From: Malacoraja senta
Lineage: Eukaryota
Direction: 5' to 3'
Assembly: GCA_038087875.1 (NCBI GenBank)
Contig: CM075990.1
Coordinates: 9,674,001-9,738,000, forward strand
DNA length: 64,000 bases
The first letter of the stretch is position 1; each line of letters opens with the position of its first letter. Both the position numbers and the translations under genes were made by a program. Positions 38,015-50,690 of this stretch are shown one piece after another. Below the pieces are notes generated by a model. That model made no database searches. It had not been told where the DNA came from and was given only the letters and a program-made list of their open reading frames with translations.

Positions 38015-38515
38015 TTTGTAAGAAGAAACTGCAGATGCTGATTTAAATCGAAGATAGACACAAAAAGCTGCAGTAACTCAATGGGACAGGCAACATCTCT
38101 GGAGAGAAGGAATGGGTGGTGTTTCGGGTCGAGACACTTCTTCAGACTGGTTAGGGATAAGGGAAATGAGAGATATTGACGGTGATGTGGATGAGAAGCT
38201 AATGCGACTGAGTTGGGGTAGGGAGAAAGAGAGAGAAGGAATGCAGGTGCTACCTGAAGTGAGATAAATCAATAAATCAATGTAAGCTGCCCAAGCAAAA
38301 TATGAGATGCTGTTCCTCCAATTTGCGTTTAGCCTCAGGTTGGTTCATGATCCCCCCGGTCTGCGTTTGATCTCGCCGATGTATAAGAGTCCACATCTTG
38401 AACAAAGGATACAGTAGATGAGGTTGGAGGAGGTGCGTGAACCTCTGCCTAACCTGAAAGGACTGTTGGGGTCCCTGGACAGAGTCGAGGGTGGAGGTAT
38501 AGCGACAGGTGTTAC
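38015..38515 (-). mobile_element. Degraded PLE 3' fragment (GIY-YIG + terminal repeat)
   Basis: SSNLIYCILCSRCGLLYIGE motif; family terminal block at 38015-38150. Confidence 0.8.
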
Positions 38516-38569
38516 AATTTCATTGCTTACCTGATTAGATTGATCGAGGTTGTTGTAAAAAAAGAAAGT

Positions 38570-38838
38570 CTGGCACCAGAGGCCTGGGTTTGATCCTGAC
38601 TTCGGGTGCTGCCTGTGTGAAGTTTGCATGTGGATTTCCTCCGTGCTCCAGTTTTCTTCCACATTCCAAAGATGTCTGGGTTTGTAGTTAATTTGCCTCT
38701 GTAAATTGCCCTTAGTGTGTAGGGAGTGGGAAAGTTGCACAATATAGCAGTACATGTGAACAGGTAATTGATGGTCAGCATGAACTTGATGGGCTGAAGA
38801 TCCTATTTCAATGCTGTATCTATAAACTCTAAACTAAA
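38570..38838 (+). mobile_element. HE1-type SINE
   Basis: gggtttgatcc B box, V-SINE-like core, taaactaaa tail. Confidence 0.8.
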
Positions 38839-39309
38839 ATATGCTATGGATCTCTTGCCAAAACTAATTCTGTCAAAATTTGTGTTAAAATGAAAGAAAT
38901 ACTGTAGTGCATCACAACTTTATTCATTGGGCAGTGACAACTTTTAAGGTATGATTTGATTTGATGTGCAGTGATTTTGCTGTTTAACGATAAATGTTGT
39001 AAGCTACAAATGCTTTGACTGAATTAAATCTATTATAATAAGTTTGTTCTGGTCTGCCTACATTCTCGCTTGTTATGGAGTATTAAAAATGTTGCTTTTT
39101 TAATCTATTTTCTTTAATGAAAGATGGTGCATTTATTATTTTCACATAGTTTTAGTACTTTTTGGGAGAAAAAAGCCTCTCTGCTAATTAATCATGTGGC
39201 TATAAAATGGGATTATTGTTTGGATTTTTCATGAAGATCTGAGTGATGCATAACACACAGACATTTGTCCTCTTACCACATTGTATACCCTAGTTCTTTC
39301 ACAAGCTGA

Positions 39310-39555
39310 AGGGCCTGTCCCACTTGGCGATTTTATCGGCAACTGCTGGCATCATTGACTGACATATCAGGTCACCGAAAAATTTGTGGCGTATCGGCGG
39401 CGGTAACGTGGCGCGATGACGTATTGACACGTGGTGTTTTTCTAGTGTCGCAACTTTTTTTTGTCGCTGCTGGATTTTGAAATGTTCAAAATCTTTTGGC
39501 GACACTCGTATGACGCCGGCAGTCGCCGAAAAAATCGCCAAGTGGGATAGGCCCT
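39310..39555. mobile_element. PIF/Harbinger-type MITE
   Basis: TIRs agggcctgtcccacttggcgatttt / aaaatcgccaagtgggataggccct; 3-bp TSD TGA at 39307-39309 and 39556-39558. Confidence 0.88.
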
Positions 39556-40139
39556 TGAGAGACCTCCAAATACTGGTGTACCACTGTGACCTGATTACTT
39601 TTGCTACCTACTTACATACTGAAAGATGCCTCCCTTGGGGCCAGAGCCGGTGCCTTTATTGTTTTGTATATATTTTAATAATTTTGTCATGGTCCACAGG
39701 GTAGCATTTCCAAATTTCCAGGTGGAAAATTGCTTGGAATTGTTGAGGAAGAGAGCAATAGGTTGCTGTAGGATATTGAGAGATGTCAGAAATTTGATAC
39801 AATGCAGTAAAGTGATGCTCTTCGGAGAATCAGTAAAGACACATTATAGATTGATTGTTACTGCCTCCATGAATGAACAATTGGAAGATCTGAGTTTGAT
39901 GCATAACGCACAGACATTTCTTGTCTTATTTCTTGCATGTTGATGGTATCTACAAATCCTCAGATTAAACTCTGGTTGAGTTGATTTGTAAATGTTTGAG
40001 GAAATTAGGGCAATTCTGATTTGAACAATCACTGAGCTTTTGATCTATGTTCGTGCAACTATATATTTTTAAAACAAAATTAAAATTCCTTGCAGTGAAA
40101 GCTATAATTTTCTAACCTTCAAAATATTTTGATATTAGT

Positions 40140-40330
40140 TTCCATGGCTCTGGATCAGGAGAGGAGGTCCATGGGGAGGAGCTAATGCCACATGAACACA
40201 AATCGTGGTCTGATCAACCACGGCTGGGTCGCCTGGGTGTGGGTGTCTGATGTTGAAAGACCCGAAACACCCAATGACCACAGGTTACATCACTGATGAT
40301 GTGTTCTGGAGCATCAATAGATGTATTTTT
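40140..40330 (+). mobile_element. HERO-like (RLE-type) non-LTR retrotransposon 3' end
   Basis: WLWIRRGGPW C-terminal motif followed by a 3'UTR recalled from HERO elements. Confidence 0.55.
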
Positions 40331-40381
40331 ATCAATCAAACTGAACGGATAATTCACTGGATGCCTGACCTGCCATTGGCG

Positions 40382-41230
40382 AGTGGTGGCGCCATCGAGT
40401 GTGGCAGCCTCGCCTGCAGCTGTTCGTCCTTTCATCCTTTACAACATTTTTAGTTCGTCAAAAGTTTTGTTTTCGAGGTCTTTTAGTCTTTTTATGTGGG
40501 GGGGGGAGGGGGAAACTGTTTTTCTCAGTCACAACCTGGTCAAGGATGCGTTTTTCCTCCGAGCCGCAACGTTGCCCCCTCCTTGCGGCCTACCATCTGG
40601 ATTGGCGCGGTCTTTCCTGCCGAAGTCCGGCCAGAGCTTCAGCTTCAGCAGAGGCGCAGCACTGAAGTACCATCGCGGAGCGGGTGATGCCTTACTAGAG
40701 TCGCCGTGTTGGAAGCTCCGGAGTGCTGGGACTGCCGACTCTAACACCGTGGAGCTGTGGTTTGCGGAGCTCCCAGCCACGTGCGGCGCTGACTTTAAAC
40801 ACCGCGAAGGCCTGGGATCTTTCGCCAAGGTCGCCAGTGTTGGAGCTCCGCCCAGCTCAGCCTGTGGACTTCGGGAGCCGCGGTCTCTAGTAGGAAGCGG
40901 CCGATTCGGAACTCCAAGCCGCTGAGAGTGTTCTTCCGACGCCGGAGCTCCATCATTCCTGCGAGAGGGCCTGAAACATCGGGCCGACATTTGCGGCGAC
41001 TGCGGAGGCCTCAATAAGCCCCGACCACGGGTGAACATAGAGGAAGTGGACTGAACTTTGCTGCCTTCCCTCACAGTGGGAAACTTTGATTCCGCTGTGG
41101 GGGGATATTTTTTTATGTTTAATGTTAAATTCTATAGTGTTGTGTTTATCTTATTTGTGTGCTGCATGGTAATTCAAATTTCACTGCACCAATTGGTGTA
41201 TGTGACAATAAATGTCCCTTGTCCTTTGTC
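40382..41230 (+). mobile_element. CpG-rich non-coding retroelement with Rex1-type tail
   Basis: ggtggcgcc start, GC-rich body, tttcactgcacc...gtgacaataaa plus (tgtcctt)n tail. Confidence 0.7.
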
Positions 41231-42560
41231 CATTCATATTCCAACATGAAAGTAATGGGTGCAAACATGCAACGATCAACTGTTAATTGGGTTTGTCGGC
41301 CCCACAAGATGTTTGTTTCATTCATATGGATGGAAGGTCACGTGACAGGTCCTCGCGTGCACTAACAATGTTTTCATTAAAGGTGTGGCTCCCTAAAACT
41401 ATTTTTAAAAAACCTCATAGGCAAGGCCTAACTTCGCAATTCCCTTTAATTACCGTGGAATGTAAGAAATACAAACAAATAAGCAAAACAAAAATTGATT
41501 TTTATGTATTTGGAAGTTGGAAGCTGACCTTCAAAAAATAGATTTGGGGATTTGAACATTTGTCCAATAATCAAAAGGTAGTCTCTTTCAATATATTAGT
41601 GTCTGTTGGTCATATATTGCTTCAGGCAATGCAACTTGATCTTTGCAGTGAAAATCACACAGAGAACGGTGGCAAAACGATTCCTACAAACAAGCAAAAC
41701 CAGTGGCAATGCTGGACAGAGAGTAAACATATATTTTTGGTTAGTAAACCTAGGTTTTTATATTTTCAGCATCAGGAATTGAGGCAGACTTCGGTACACC
41801 ATGTCTGTATATTTTATGAGAGTTTCTGTCAAATGCTTGATATCATTTCCTGGATTGAGATTGTTCTTTGCAGAATGTACAAACCAGTTGAACATCTACC
41901 TTATCATGAAGTCCAAATTGCATATTTTTTTTGAGCAACAGGTCAATGGAATTGCAAAAGCATCACTCGACTTATTGAATAGGCTGCCTTCCTTTCAGAT
42001 TTGTGTGGACAAAAGTGATTCTTACCACACATTACATTGGCACTGGCAATCACAATTCTAACAAGATTCACAGTGCTGAAACCATTCAATAACTTCTAAG
42101 AAATCCATAATAGCTAATGTTATTATATTAGCAGCACTTGCCTTTACTAATTTTCTCATTCCAGAATACATAAATAAATTTATGGTTGACGTGCTTCCAC
42201 ATATACACCAAATATAATTCATTAAAATGTCTGTTGATTCATTAAAAAGTTATGAGTATGGCAATGTGCTGGTGTCATCAACTCACTCCCCTTTGAAATG
42301 TGAGTCTAAAATTGATTTAACAATTTCTGTGAACACATTTTATAGCCTCTAAAATTACCCTTCAACATTTCGGCTTGCATATTATATTAAGTTTTTTGTA
42401 AGCAATATAAATTGCAATCTGTAATGCATGACATTTTCAGTCAATTGATATTATACCTGATCAACCAACCATAACATCAAAGGATATTATCAGGCAGCAG
42501 AATGCAGACAATGTGCTCAATGTTTTGATGTCCCTGCATGTGCTTTTAAGCTACAATAAT

Positions 42561-42695
42561 AGACATTATGTGCAGGAGTAGGTCATTCGGCCCTTCGAGC
42601 CAGCACCGCCATTCAATATGATCATGGCTGATCATCCACAATTAATACCCCGTTCCTGCCTTCTCCCATATCCCCTGACTCCGCTATCTTTATTG
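42561..42695 (-). mobile_element. CR1 3' tail-only insertion
   Basis: Matches 12628-12740; tacaataat direct repeat on both sides. Confidence 0.75.
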
Positions 42696-42724
42696 TACAA
42701 TAATGTGTACAAGTTCCCTTAAAA

Positions 42725-44320
42725 GGGCACAAAGTCAGCGGGTCAGGGAGCATCTCTGAAGAACGTGGAAAAATGATGTTTTGGGCCGATATCCTTCAGT
42801 TTGATTGTAGGGGGGAAGAAGAAAGCTGGAAAAGGGGAGAGGCAAGACAAAGCATTACAGTTAATAGGTTGACACAGGCGAGGGGGCAGATGGTTGAAAA
42901 AAGTTCAGAGATAAGAACAATAGGTGTGAGACAGGTTTGAAGTGTGGCGGACTGTTAAGCCTGGGGAAGGAAAGTAGTAAGTGTGGTTATGGATATGGAG
43001 AGGAGAAATAGATGGGCGTACAGGTGGGTCCCAGGGGAGGGAATGGGGAAAGTAGAAAAGAGGGGAGATGGGGAAGAACACAGGGGGAGGAGTTAGTTAG
43101 AGGTGACCTAAAACTGTAGAATTTAACGTTCATACCGTTTGGTTGTAATAAGAAGAAGCGGAATATCCAGTCAGAATATGAGGTGCTGTTCCTCCAGTTT
43201 GTGTGTGGCCTCACTCTGGCAATAGCGGACAGAAGGTCAGTGCGGGAATGGGAAGGAGAATTAAAATGGTTAACGACCAGGAGATCCAGTAGGCCTTGGT
43301 GGACCGAGTGCAAGTGTTCTGCAAAATGGTCGCCAATGTACAGGAGGCCACATCGGGAACACCGGATGCAGTAGATTAGGTTCACATGTACCTCTATCTC
43401 ATCTGGAAGAACTGCTGGGGTCCCTCGATGGAGGTGAAAGAGGAGATATGGGGACAGGTGTTACATCTCCTGTGGTTGCAGGGGAAAGTACCTGTGGAGG
43501 GGATATTTTAGGTGGGAAGGGATGAGTGAACCAAGGTGTTGACGAGAGAGCAGTTTCTGCGGAAGGCAGAGAGAGGTGGAGATGGGAAGATGTGACGGAA
43601 ATGTCGGTATATGATGTGTTGGATAGAAACATAGAAACATAGAAAATAGGTGCACGAGTAGGCCATTCGGCCCTTCGAGTCTGCCCCGCCATTCAATATG
43701 ATCATGGCTGATCATCCAACTCAGTATCCCGTACCTGCCTTCTCTCCATACCCCCTGATCCCCTTAGCCACAAGGGCCACATCTAACTCCCTCTTAAATA
43801 TAGCCAATGAACTGGCCTCAACTACCTTCTGTGGCAGAGAATTCCAGAGATTCACCACTCTCTGTGTGAAAAATGTTTTTCTCATCTCGGTCTTAAAATA
43901 CTTCCCCCTTATCCTTAAACTGTGACCCCTTGTTCTGGACTTCCCCAACATCGGGAACAATCTTCCTGCATCTAGCCTGTCCAACCCCTTAAGATGCAGA
44001 GGCTGGTGGGGTAAAAGATAAAGACACTCTATTCTTGTTCCGTCTGGGGGAAGGCAGAGCAAGAGCAGACCTACTGGACACAGGAGATGCGGGTGAGGGA
44101 TCCATCTATGACAGAAGGGGGAAAGCCAAGTTTATTAGAGAATGGGAACATCTTGGATTTCTGAGAACAGAAAGTCTCATCTTGGAGCAGATGTGGTGGA
44201 GACGTAGGAATTAAGAGTCGGGAATAGTGTCTTTGCAAGTGACAGGGTGGGAGGAAGTGTATACCAGATAACTGTGAGTCGACAAGTTTAAAGTAGACGT
44301 CAGAATGTCTACATAGATTT
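42725..44320 (-). mobile_element. Degraded PLE interrupted by a CR1 insertion
   Basis: NLIYCIRCSRCGLLYIG (42987-43385); collinear with the 4085 PLE on both sides of the insert. Confidence 0.82.
43624..43992 (-). mobile_element. 5'-truncated CR1 of the same family as the 12599 element
   Basis: Near-identical to 12601-12968. Confidence 0.92.
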
Positions 44321-44879
44321 CCCTTAACTTTCTTTGCAATGCCCCTTCGTTTCATCTGTTGTGGTCGGCTCAATCCATTTATTTGAATCAGTACCTATCT
44401 GTTCCTTTCTATATTCTGTATAGAGACAATCAGCTCTTTGTGGGTGATTTTCCTTCCAACTCGGTTCCTTGGCACAGTAACAATGCCAAATCTGATCCTC
44501 TTGTAGATTTGGCATGAGATTGAAAACACTTGCATAAACTATTTTCCTGTTACCTTGCACGTTTGTTACCTTAAATGATTATGAAGCTACAATCAAACAT
44601 GAGTGGTGTCATGGGTATGGTGTCCATGATTGAAACAAAGGAGGACCGCTGTAAGCTTGCTAGCCCACACATGGTCTTAGTAAACTTAGAACATGTCATG
44701 TTCAGCCAGAAGCCTCCCATCACTCAAGGACCTTTGTGTAAGGTTTTACATTCTTTATAATTGATGAGAAAAAAATCTTAGTGCAAAATTAACAATGCCA
44801 CTTTAAATATTACCACTTGTTTTGTCAACTATTAAATTATTCAATCAGACACACGCAACAACTAATATTCAACTAAGAA

Positions 44880-44978
44880 CTGTCTGAAGAAGGGTCCCAA
44901 CCCAAAACATCACCTGTCTATATTCTCCAGAGATGGTACCTGACCCGCTGAGTTGATCCAGTGCTTTGAGTCTTTTTC
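44880..44978 (+). mobile_element. Short PLE-derived element
   Basis: gtctgaagaagggtcccaaccc...gacccgctgagtt. Confidence 0.7.
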
Positions 44979-47900
44979 ACTAATAACATTAATCCTGATT
45001 CTCATTTCCATAATGCTGTTTGAATTCCTGATTCTCTCCAGCATTATATTTTGTTTTAATTTTTGTAAATGTACATCCTAGTTTCTTGCATATTGACTGG
45101 TTTGTGTACGACAAGAAAAACCTGGATTTTTGCATCAACAGTTACTGATAATTTTACGTTTAAATTTGAGGCTGAAAACGTATTAAGAATAATACTTTTA
45201 CAGTAGTAAAGAGTCCAAGATTTTGGTATGTCTTAACTAAATCTGCATTGGAGATGAGACAAATATAGCCATCATTTTGGTTACTTAGCACATTGCTATA
45301 ATTGAGTTATGAGCCAGTTACTCAGATATAGAGTGACTCAGATCTGCACTATTAAATTGAAAGTAATTAAATAATCTCGAAACTTGGAAAGACTTGAAAT
45401 AAGCACCCCAAGAGACCAGTCAAGCCTCACTGCCCATCGGGATTAATCCTTTATTTCAAGAAAGTAATTAAGTAGAATTAGCGATTGGTTTGAATTTGCT
45501 GATTAAATTTTTTTGCAGCTGATCAGACCACAAGATCTTAATGTTCTGAAGTAATTGCACTTCAGTAATGCAATGAAGGCTAAAGAAGTCAATGGAGCAC
45601 TGTGTAATTACATTTCAACACTGCATGTTTTATAAAGGTTATTGCAGAGAGCTTGACTTGTTGCTGAGAGAAGTAAAAAGGAAAGATGGAAAGTACAAAA
45701 CAGGCATTACTGACTTATGGTCCTGAGTATTACTGGAACGTTTAAAAATCTTTTTGATGGCTTTATTTCTCTATCTCGCTCTCTTTTTAAATAAATCTCA
45801 ATTTGCATTTCTTTGTATTGAAACCAAGCTTTCAGGTCACTTTTTAAAAGTTAGCGTCAGTGGCTCAAACTCCCTGTGATATATCTTGAAAATGTTTTTT
45901 GTGTGCACCCAAGAATAACTCAACAATTGTCCAAAACTATATTTAACTTTTTTTTTGTTTGCAGTTCGTGTTTATAATTCTTTGTTATTCCCACTGATCG
46001 TCACCATTTTGATCCAACTAAGGCAAATTTGCATATTTTCTTTCCAAGAAGGAACTGATAAAATAAAAGGATTTGTGTGCGTAACTTAATATTAGTACGT
46101 AAGAACAAAATGACTAAATCATATGTTAAGTTCACACTAGGAATTCAATTGGACAGACATTTTGAGTAATTGATTAGGAACCTCCGTTGCCCCAGAATAT
46201 TCAAGGCACCATAACTGAGGAAGACAATACTAGTCTAGGAGGCTGTACAATTTTATTAGGATGATGCTTACATTTAAAGGGTTAAATTATGAGGTAAAGT
46301 AGAATAACTATGTATTTAAGAATAACTATGTAAAGTAGAATAACTTGAATTTAAAGAATTTTGCTAAGGATTTTAAATCTATGAAATGATTTGGTAGAAG
46401 AAAATTAGGGACAAAATCTTAGCATGAGCTAGGTTATTCAAGAATGAAGTCAAGAACGAATTTCTCTATAAAGGTGGAGCAAAAGTGGAATTAAAGTCCA
46501 CACATAACTCCATCAGCCTTACCAAATAAAAGTCTAATTAATCTCTTTCAGAAGCCACGTACAATTTTTTTGTGTGCAAAATATTTGAAAGGCTGTGTGG
46601 ATCAAAAGTAGCCAATAGGATTGAAATTCAGACTTGTCTTCGTCCAGCTAAATGTTGGAAGTGCTTTATGTTTGTGTGATCTATATGGAAAAGCATTTTA
46701 AGTGGTGTGTTTTCTTACAAATTGTTGTCACTGGTGAGTGGATATCTTTTCACTTAGAAGCTTTTCTTAAATTTTGTGGATGGAATTAACGTTTATGTGA
46801 TTGCTTAAAGAGTGGGGAATGGGAGAAACAGCATTAATATTTCTCGATGGTGATATCGTATTATTTGTGACTGACAAAACCTTAAATGTGAGGTTGAAGT
46901 ATTTTGTGAGGTAAATAATAATTAATATTATAGATCTCTTTTCAATTTTACCAAAATGTAGTCATTAGAGCAGGAATAACATTACGTACGTAGTAAATTG
47001 TTTATTGTTAATCTTAACTATGTTGTATAATGAGCAGGATTCCAGTTAGTCATTTATAATTTGAAAGGGTATGGGAGTGGAGATCTTGGTATTGACGGAC
47101 ACGATGGCATCCTGCACCAATTAGTGCAAAATTGCCAATTATGATGCCTTGTATTATTCAGTGTAGGTACAGCAGAAATGAGTGCCATTTTTATCAATTG
47201 TATATAAACAACATTTAAGAGCCTCCTGAACTTTCTATTGATCACCTGAGATCAAATCAAAATCTATTGCTTGAAGGATGAAGTGTGGAACCCCATCGCT
47301 CACCAATCTATGGTCAAGTTCCTGTAAGGACACTCTTCATTAGGAACAAATGCAACAGATGGATAGAGCAGACCAATCTCTGGCTTCTAATGAGCTGGTC
47401 TCGGCAAGACCGTGCATTTTATTATCAGCTTTGCTTAAATGGTGTTACTTGCTTGAATTAAATGGTTCCCAGGGACTTTATTGAGGGCATAGTTGTTCAA
47501 CTATTGTAACAAGTGAACACACATCTCTCCCCATTTGAAGCTAACACACTCAAACAGAAGTTAGTAAAAAACATAATGACAGAAGTTTTGGCTATTTTGT
47601 TTTCCTTCCTTTCTTTAAATATATAAGACAATCATAAAGCGAAAGAAGCTGCATTTATTAATATCCCTGCATCATGTTTTTATGATGTTTCTCAATTTAA
47701 ATAAACATTTTTATAATCACTATTTATCATTGGCAAATGTGGCAGCCAGTTTGCACGCATGAAGGTATCGGGCACAGCAGATGTGGACAAAAAGAATAGT
47801 TATGTTGGTGATATGATAGTGTGCTGCCACTCTTGGAACTGTAATTCCAAAAGCAGTGGTTCTATCGGAAGACCAATGGAAAGCTGGACAATGTGCATCC

Positions 47901-48107
47901 TAAGCTGAACAGCAACATTGAATTACAAGACATTTTTTTACTTTGATTAAAACCTTAACATTTTGTAAGCGAGTTTAATATGTTGATAAATGTTGACTTT
48001 AAGTACTTTTAGAGTTATAAGGTCATACAGCATGGAAATTGGCTTTTGGCCCAACTTTCTCCTATCTACAACTACCTGCTCATATTTAGCCTATATCCCT
48101 CTAAAAC

Positions 48108-48488
48108 CCTCGATTCGCAATTACCAACCTGATCTCCTGGTGGCTCACCAACTCCCCCTTCCATTCCGAATCCTACCTTTCTGTCCTGGGCCTCCTCCAT
48201 GGCCAGAGTGAGGACCACGGTAAATTGGAGGAGCAGCAGCTCATATATCGCTTGGGCAGTTTGCACCCCAGCGGTATGAACATTGACTTCTCTAATTTCA
48301 GGTAGTCCCTACTTTCGCCTCCCCTTCTCAGCTCTCCCTCAGCCCACTGGCTCCACCTCTTCCTTTCCTCTTCCCGCCCACCCCCACCCTCACATCAGTC
48401 TGAAGAAGGGTTTCGACCCGAAACGTTGCCTATTTCCTTCGCTCCATAGATGCTGCCTCACCCGCTGAGTTTCTCCAGCATTTTTGTC
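48108..48488 (+). mobile_element. 5'-truncated PLE inserted in a CR1 tail; hammerhead core 48400-48427
   Basis: 12-bp TSD tccctctaaaac at 48096-48107 and 48489-48500; KLEEQQLIYRLGSLHPSGMN GIY-YIG C-terminus. Confidence 0.88.
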
Positions 48489-49059
48489 TCCCTCTAAAAC
48501 TTCATATCCCGTTTTTTTGATTAATCTTGCACTACATTGCATTTTCTTCAAATAAAATAAAAATATTGATCTACCCTACCATGGCTCACTGTGTAGTGCA
48601 GTTCATAGGAAGAAGCAATGCATAATTTTCCCATTTTCAAATACCTTTATAGGTCAAATAAACATACTTATGCAAAAGTGCTTAGCATGTATCTATCTAT
48701 ACATAACCAAAACTCTGATCTTGTGCTCTTCCGGTTTGCGCGGTTTTTCTATTTGCACAAAACTGGTACGTGATAGCGCTCCGATTTTTCGACTGCTTCC
48801 TCACCGTTCACCTGTGCTGCGAGTGCAACAAGTTTTGTTCCGATCTATGGTATATTGTAAAAGTTATTAAGGTTTAAAAATCGTAAAAACCACGCATGCC
48901 GAGATTGCTGTCGGTCACTGCTACGCAGATTGGTCTCCTCTCCTGTCAGTCGGAAAGGGGCGTCGCTGGGACAGCGATGGCCCTTCGTGGCACCATCGCC
49001 GCACTGATTGGCTGCGTCCGCTGTGGGGGCCTGGACTGGACCCCAGGCGGCGACCGAGC

Positions 49060-49335
49060 TGAGGGCTGGAGTCGTGCCCAAGCCCGGGGCCTGGTCAAGG
49101 TGTACCAACGCCTCGGGGGCTGCCTGGCCGCCGCCATCCTGGAGCACAGCGTCCGCTTCCTGCTCTGCGGGCAGCTCTGGCTCGGCCGCCCGCCACCCTC
49201 ACCTCGCCCCTGGCACAGCAAGCTCGGCTCCATCGAGGGCCAGGTCCTCGAGTGCTTCAGCCACCAACAGCCAGGGCCGGGCCGAGTACAAGAACCGGGC
49301 CGAGTTCCTGGCCCTGAAGCTGCTCTACGACCTGG
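49060..49335 (+). pseudogene. Frameshifted SAC3D1-like (SAC3/GANP domain) exon fragment
   Basis: YQRLGGCLAAAILEHSVRFLL...QVLECFS, then a second frame YKNRAEFLALKLLYDLG, ending at the donor G|GTAGGT; resembles recalled SAC3D1 motifs. Confidence 0.65.
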
Positions 49336-49554
49336 GTAGGTGCTGGGGCAGGGAATGGGAGTGAGGGGAGGAGGATGGAGTGGTAGAGGGAGATGGGGGG
49401 GGGGGCAGCGCTGAACCCCGCTGTCTACCTGCTGGCGAGGGACACCACAGGCTCGGGACGGGCAGTGGCTCCTGCCGTGGGCGCGGACACCGGGAGTGGC
49501 CCTAACGCACCGCAGCGTTACACGGAGAGAGGGAGCGCCGCAGCCCGGCCCACA

Positions 49555-49925
49555 GCACGGGGAGGGGGGGAGGGGGGAGAAGATGGAGGGAGGGGGTTGA
49601 GAGGGATGAGGGAAGGAGAGGGATGAAGGGGGAGAGAGGGATGAGGGCGGGAGGGGGAGAAAGGAATGGGGGAGGGAGGGGGGAGAGAGGGTGGGTGGGG
49701 GGAGAGAGGGTGGGTGGGGGGAGAGAGGAATGAGGGACGGAGTGGGAGAGAGGAATGAGGGAGGGAGGGGGAGAGGGAAGAGTGGGATGGGGAGAGGGAG
49801 GAAGGGGGGAAGAGAGGGAGGGAGTGGGGTAGCGAGGTGGTGAGTGCAGGGGATACAGAGGGGGGTGGAAGGGAGAGGGGGACAGGGAGGGGTGGATTTG
49901 ATGGGAGGGGGATAGGCGTGAGTGG
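49555..49925. repeat. G/A-rich low-complexity tract inside the Helitron
   Basis: Polypurine run on the + strand. Confidence 0.85.
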
Positions 49926-50039
49926 TGGAATATTGAGTTGGGGAATGGGTTGCGTTGGGGGAACCAGACCTCCCGTGTGACAGGGACCCAACGGGTCGCA
50001 CAGTCTAGTTCTTGAGTAAAAACTTAGTTCTCTCTTACA

Positions 50040-50690
50040 ATCGGCCCAACATGCCCTATTTACACTACTCCCACCTGCTTGCATTTGGCCAATATAGCTG
50101 TAAATCTATCCTATCCATATACCTATCCAATGTTTTTAAACGTTGTGATAGTACCTGCCTCAATTATCTCCTCCAGCAGCTCGTTGGTTAGTTGGTTCGA
50201 ACCCGAAACGCTACCCATTCCTTTTTTTCCAGAGATGCTGCCTGACCCGCTGAGTTACTCCAACATTTTATGTCAATCCACAATACTCTAAATGTGGCCA
50301 CATCAATATCTTGTACAACTGTAACATGACCTCCCAACTGCTATACTCAGTACTGATGAAGGTCAATGTGTATAGCATCTTGGCAATCCTATCTACCTGT
50401 GACGCCACTTTCAAGGAACTATTTACCAACATGCCTAGATCCCTCTACTCTACAACACTTGCCAGAACCCTGCCACTCACAGTGTAGGTCCTGCCCTGGT
50501 CAGACTTCCAAAAATGCAACACCTTGTACTTCTCTGTATTAAACTCCATCAACCATTCCTCAGCCCACCTGCCCAAATGATCACAATACTGCTGCAATTT
50601 TGGACAACCATCTTCACTATCTGCAATACCACCCACTTGAGTGTCACCTGCAAACTTACTAATCATGCCTTGTACATTTACATAAAGGTA
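50040..50690 (-). mobile_element. Degraded CR1 with a PLE-derived insert at ~50195-50270
   Basis: ISKFAGDT and WLMEFNTEKYKVLHF motifs. Confidence 0.78.

Larger units (their letters stand above)
48692..50008 (+). mobile_element. Non-autonomous Helitron-like element with captured gene fragment
   Basis: A|TCTATCTATACATA 5' end; GACCC-AAC-GGGTC hairpin at 49985-49997; CTAG|T 3' end; no TSD. Confidence 0.78.

Noticed and set aside
40245..40272. Hammerhead-like ctgatg...gaaac in the HERO-like 3'UTR
   Set aside because: Lacks the CUGANGA core, a proper helix II and an NUH site.
48946..50084. 351-aa and 188-aa minus-strand ORFs
   Set aside because: Antisense to GC-rich Helitron cargo and a polypurine tract.
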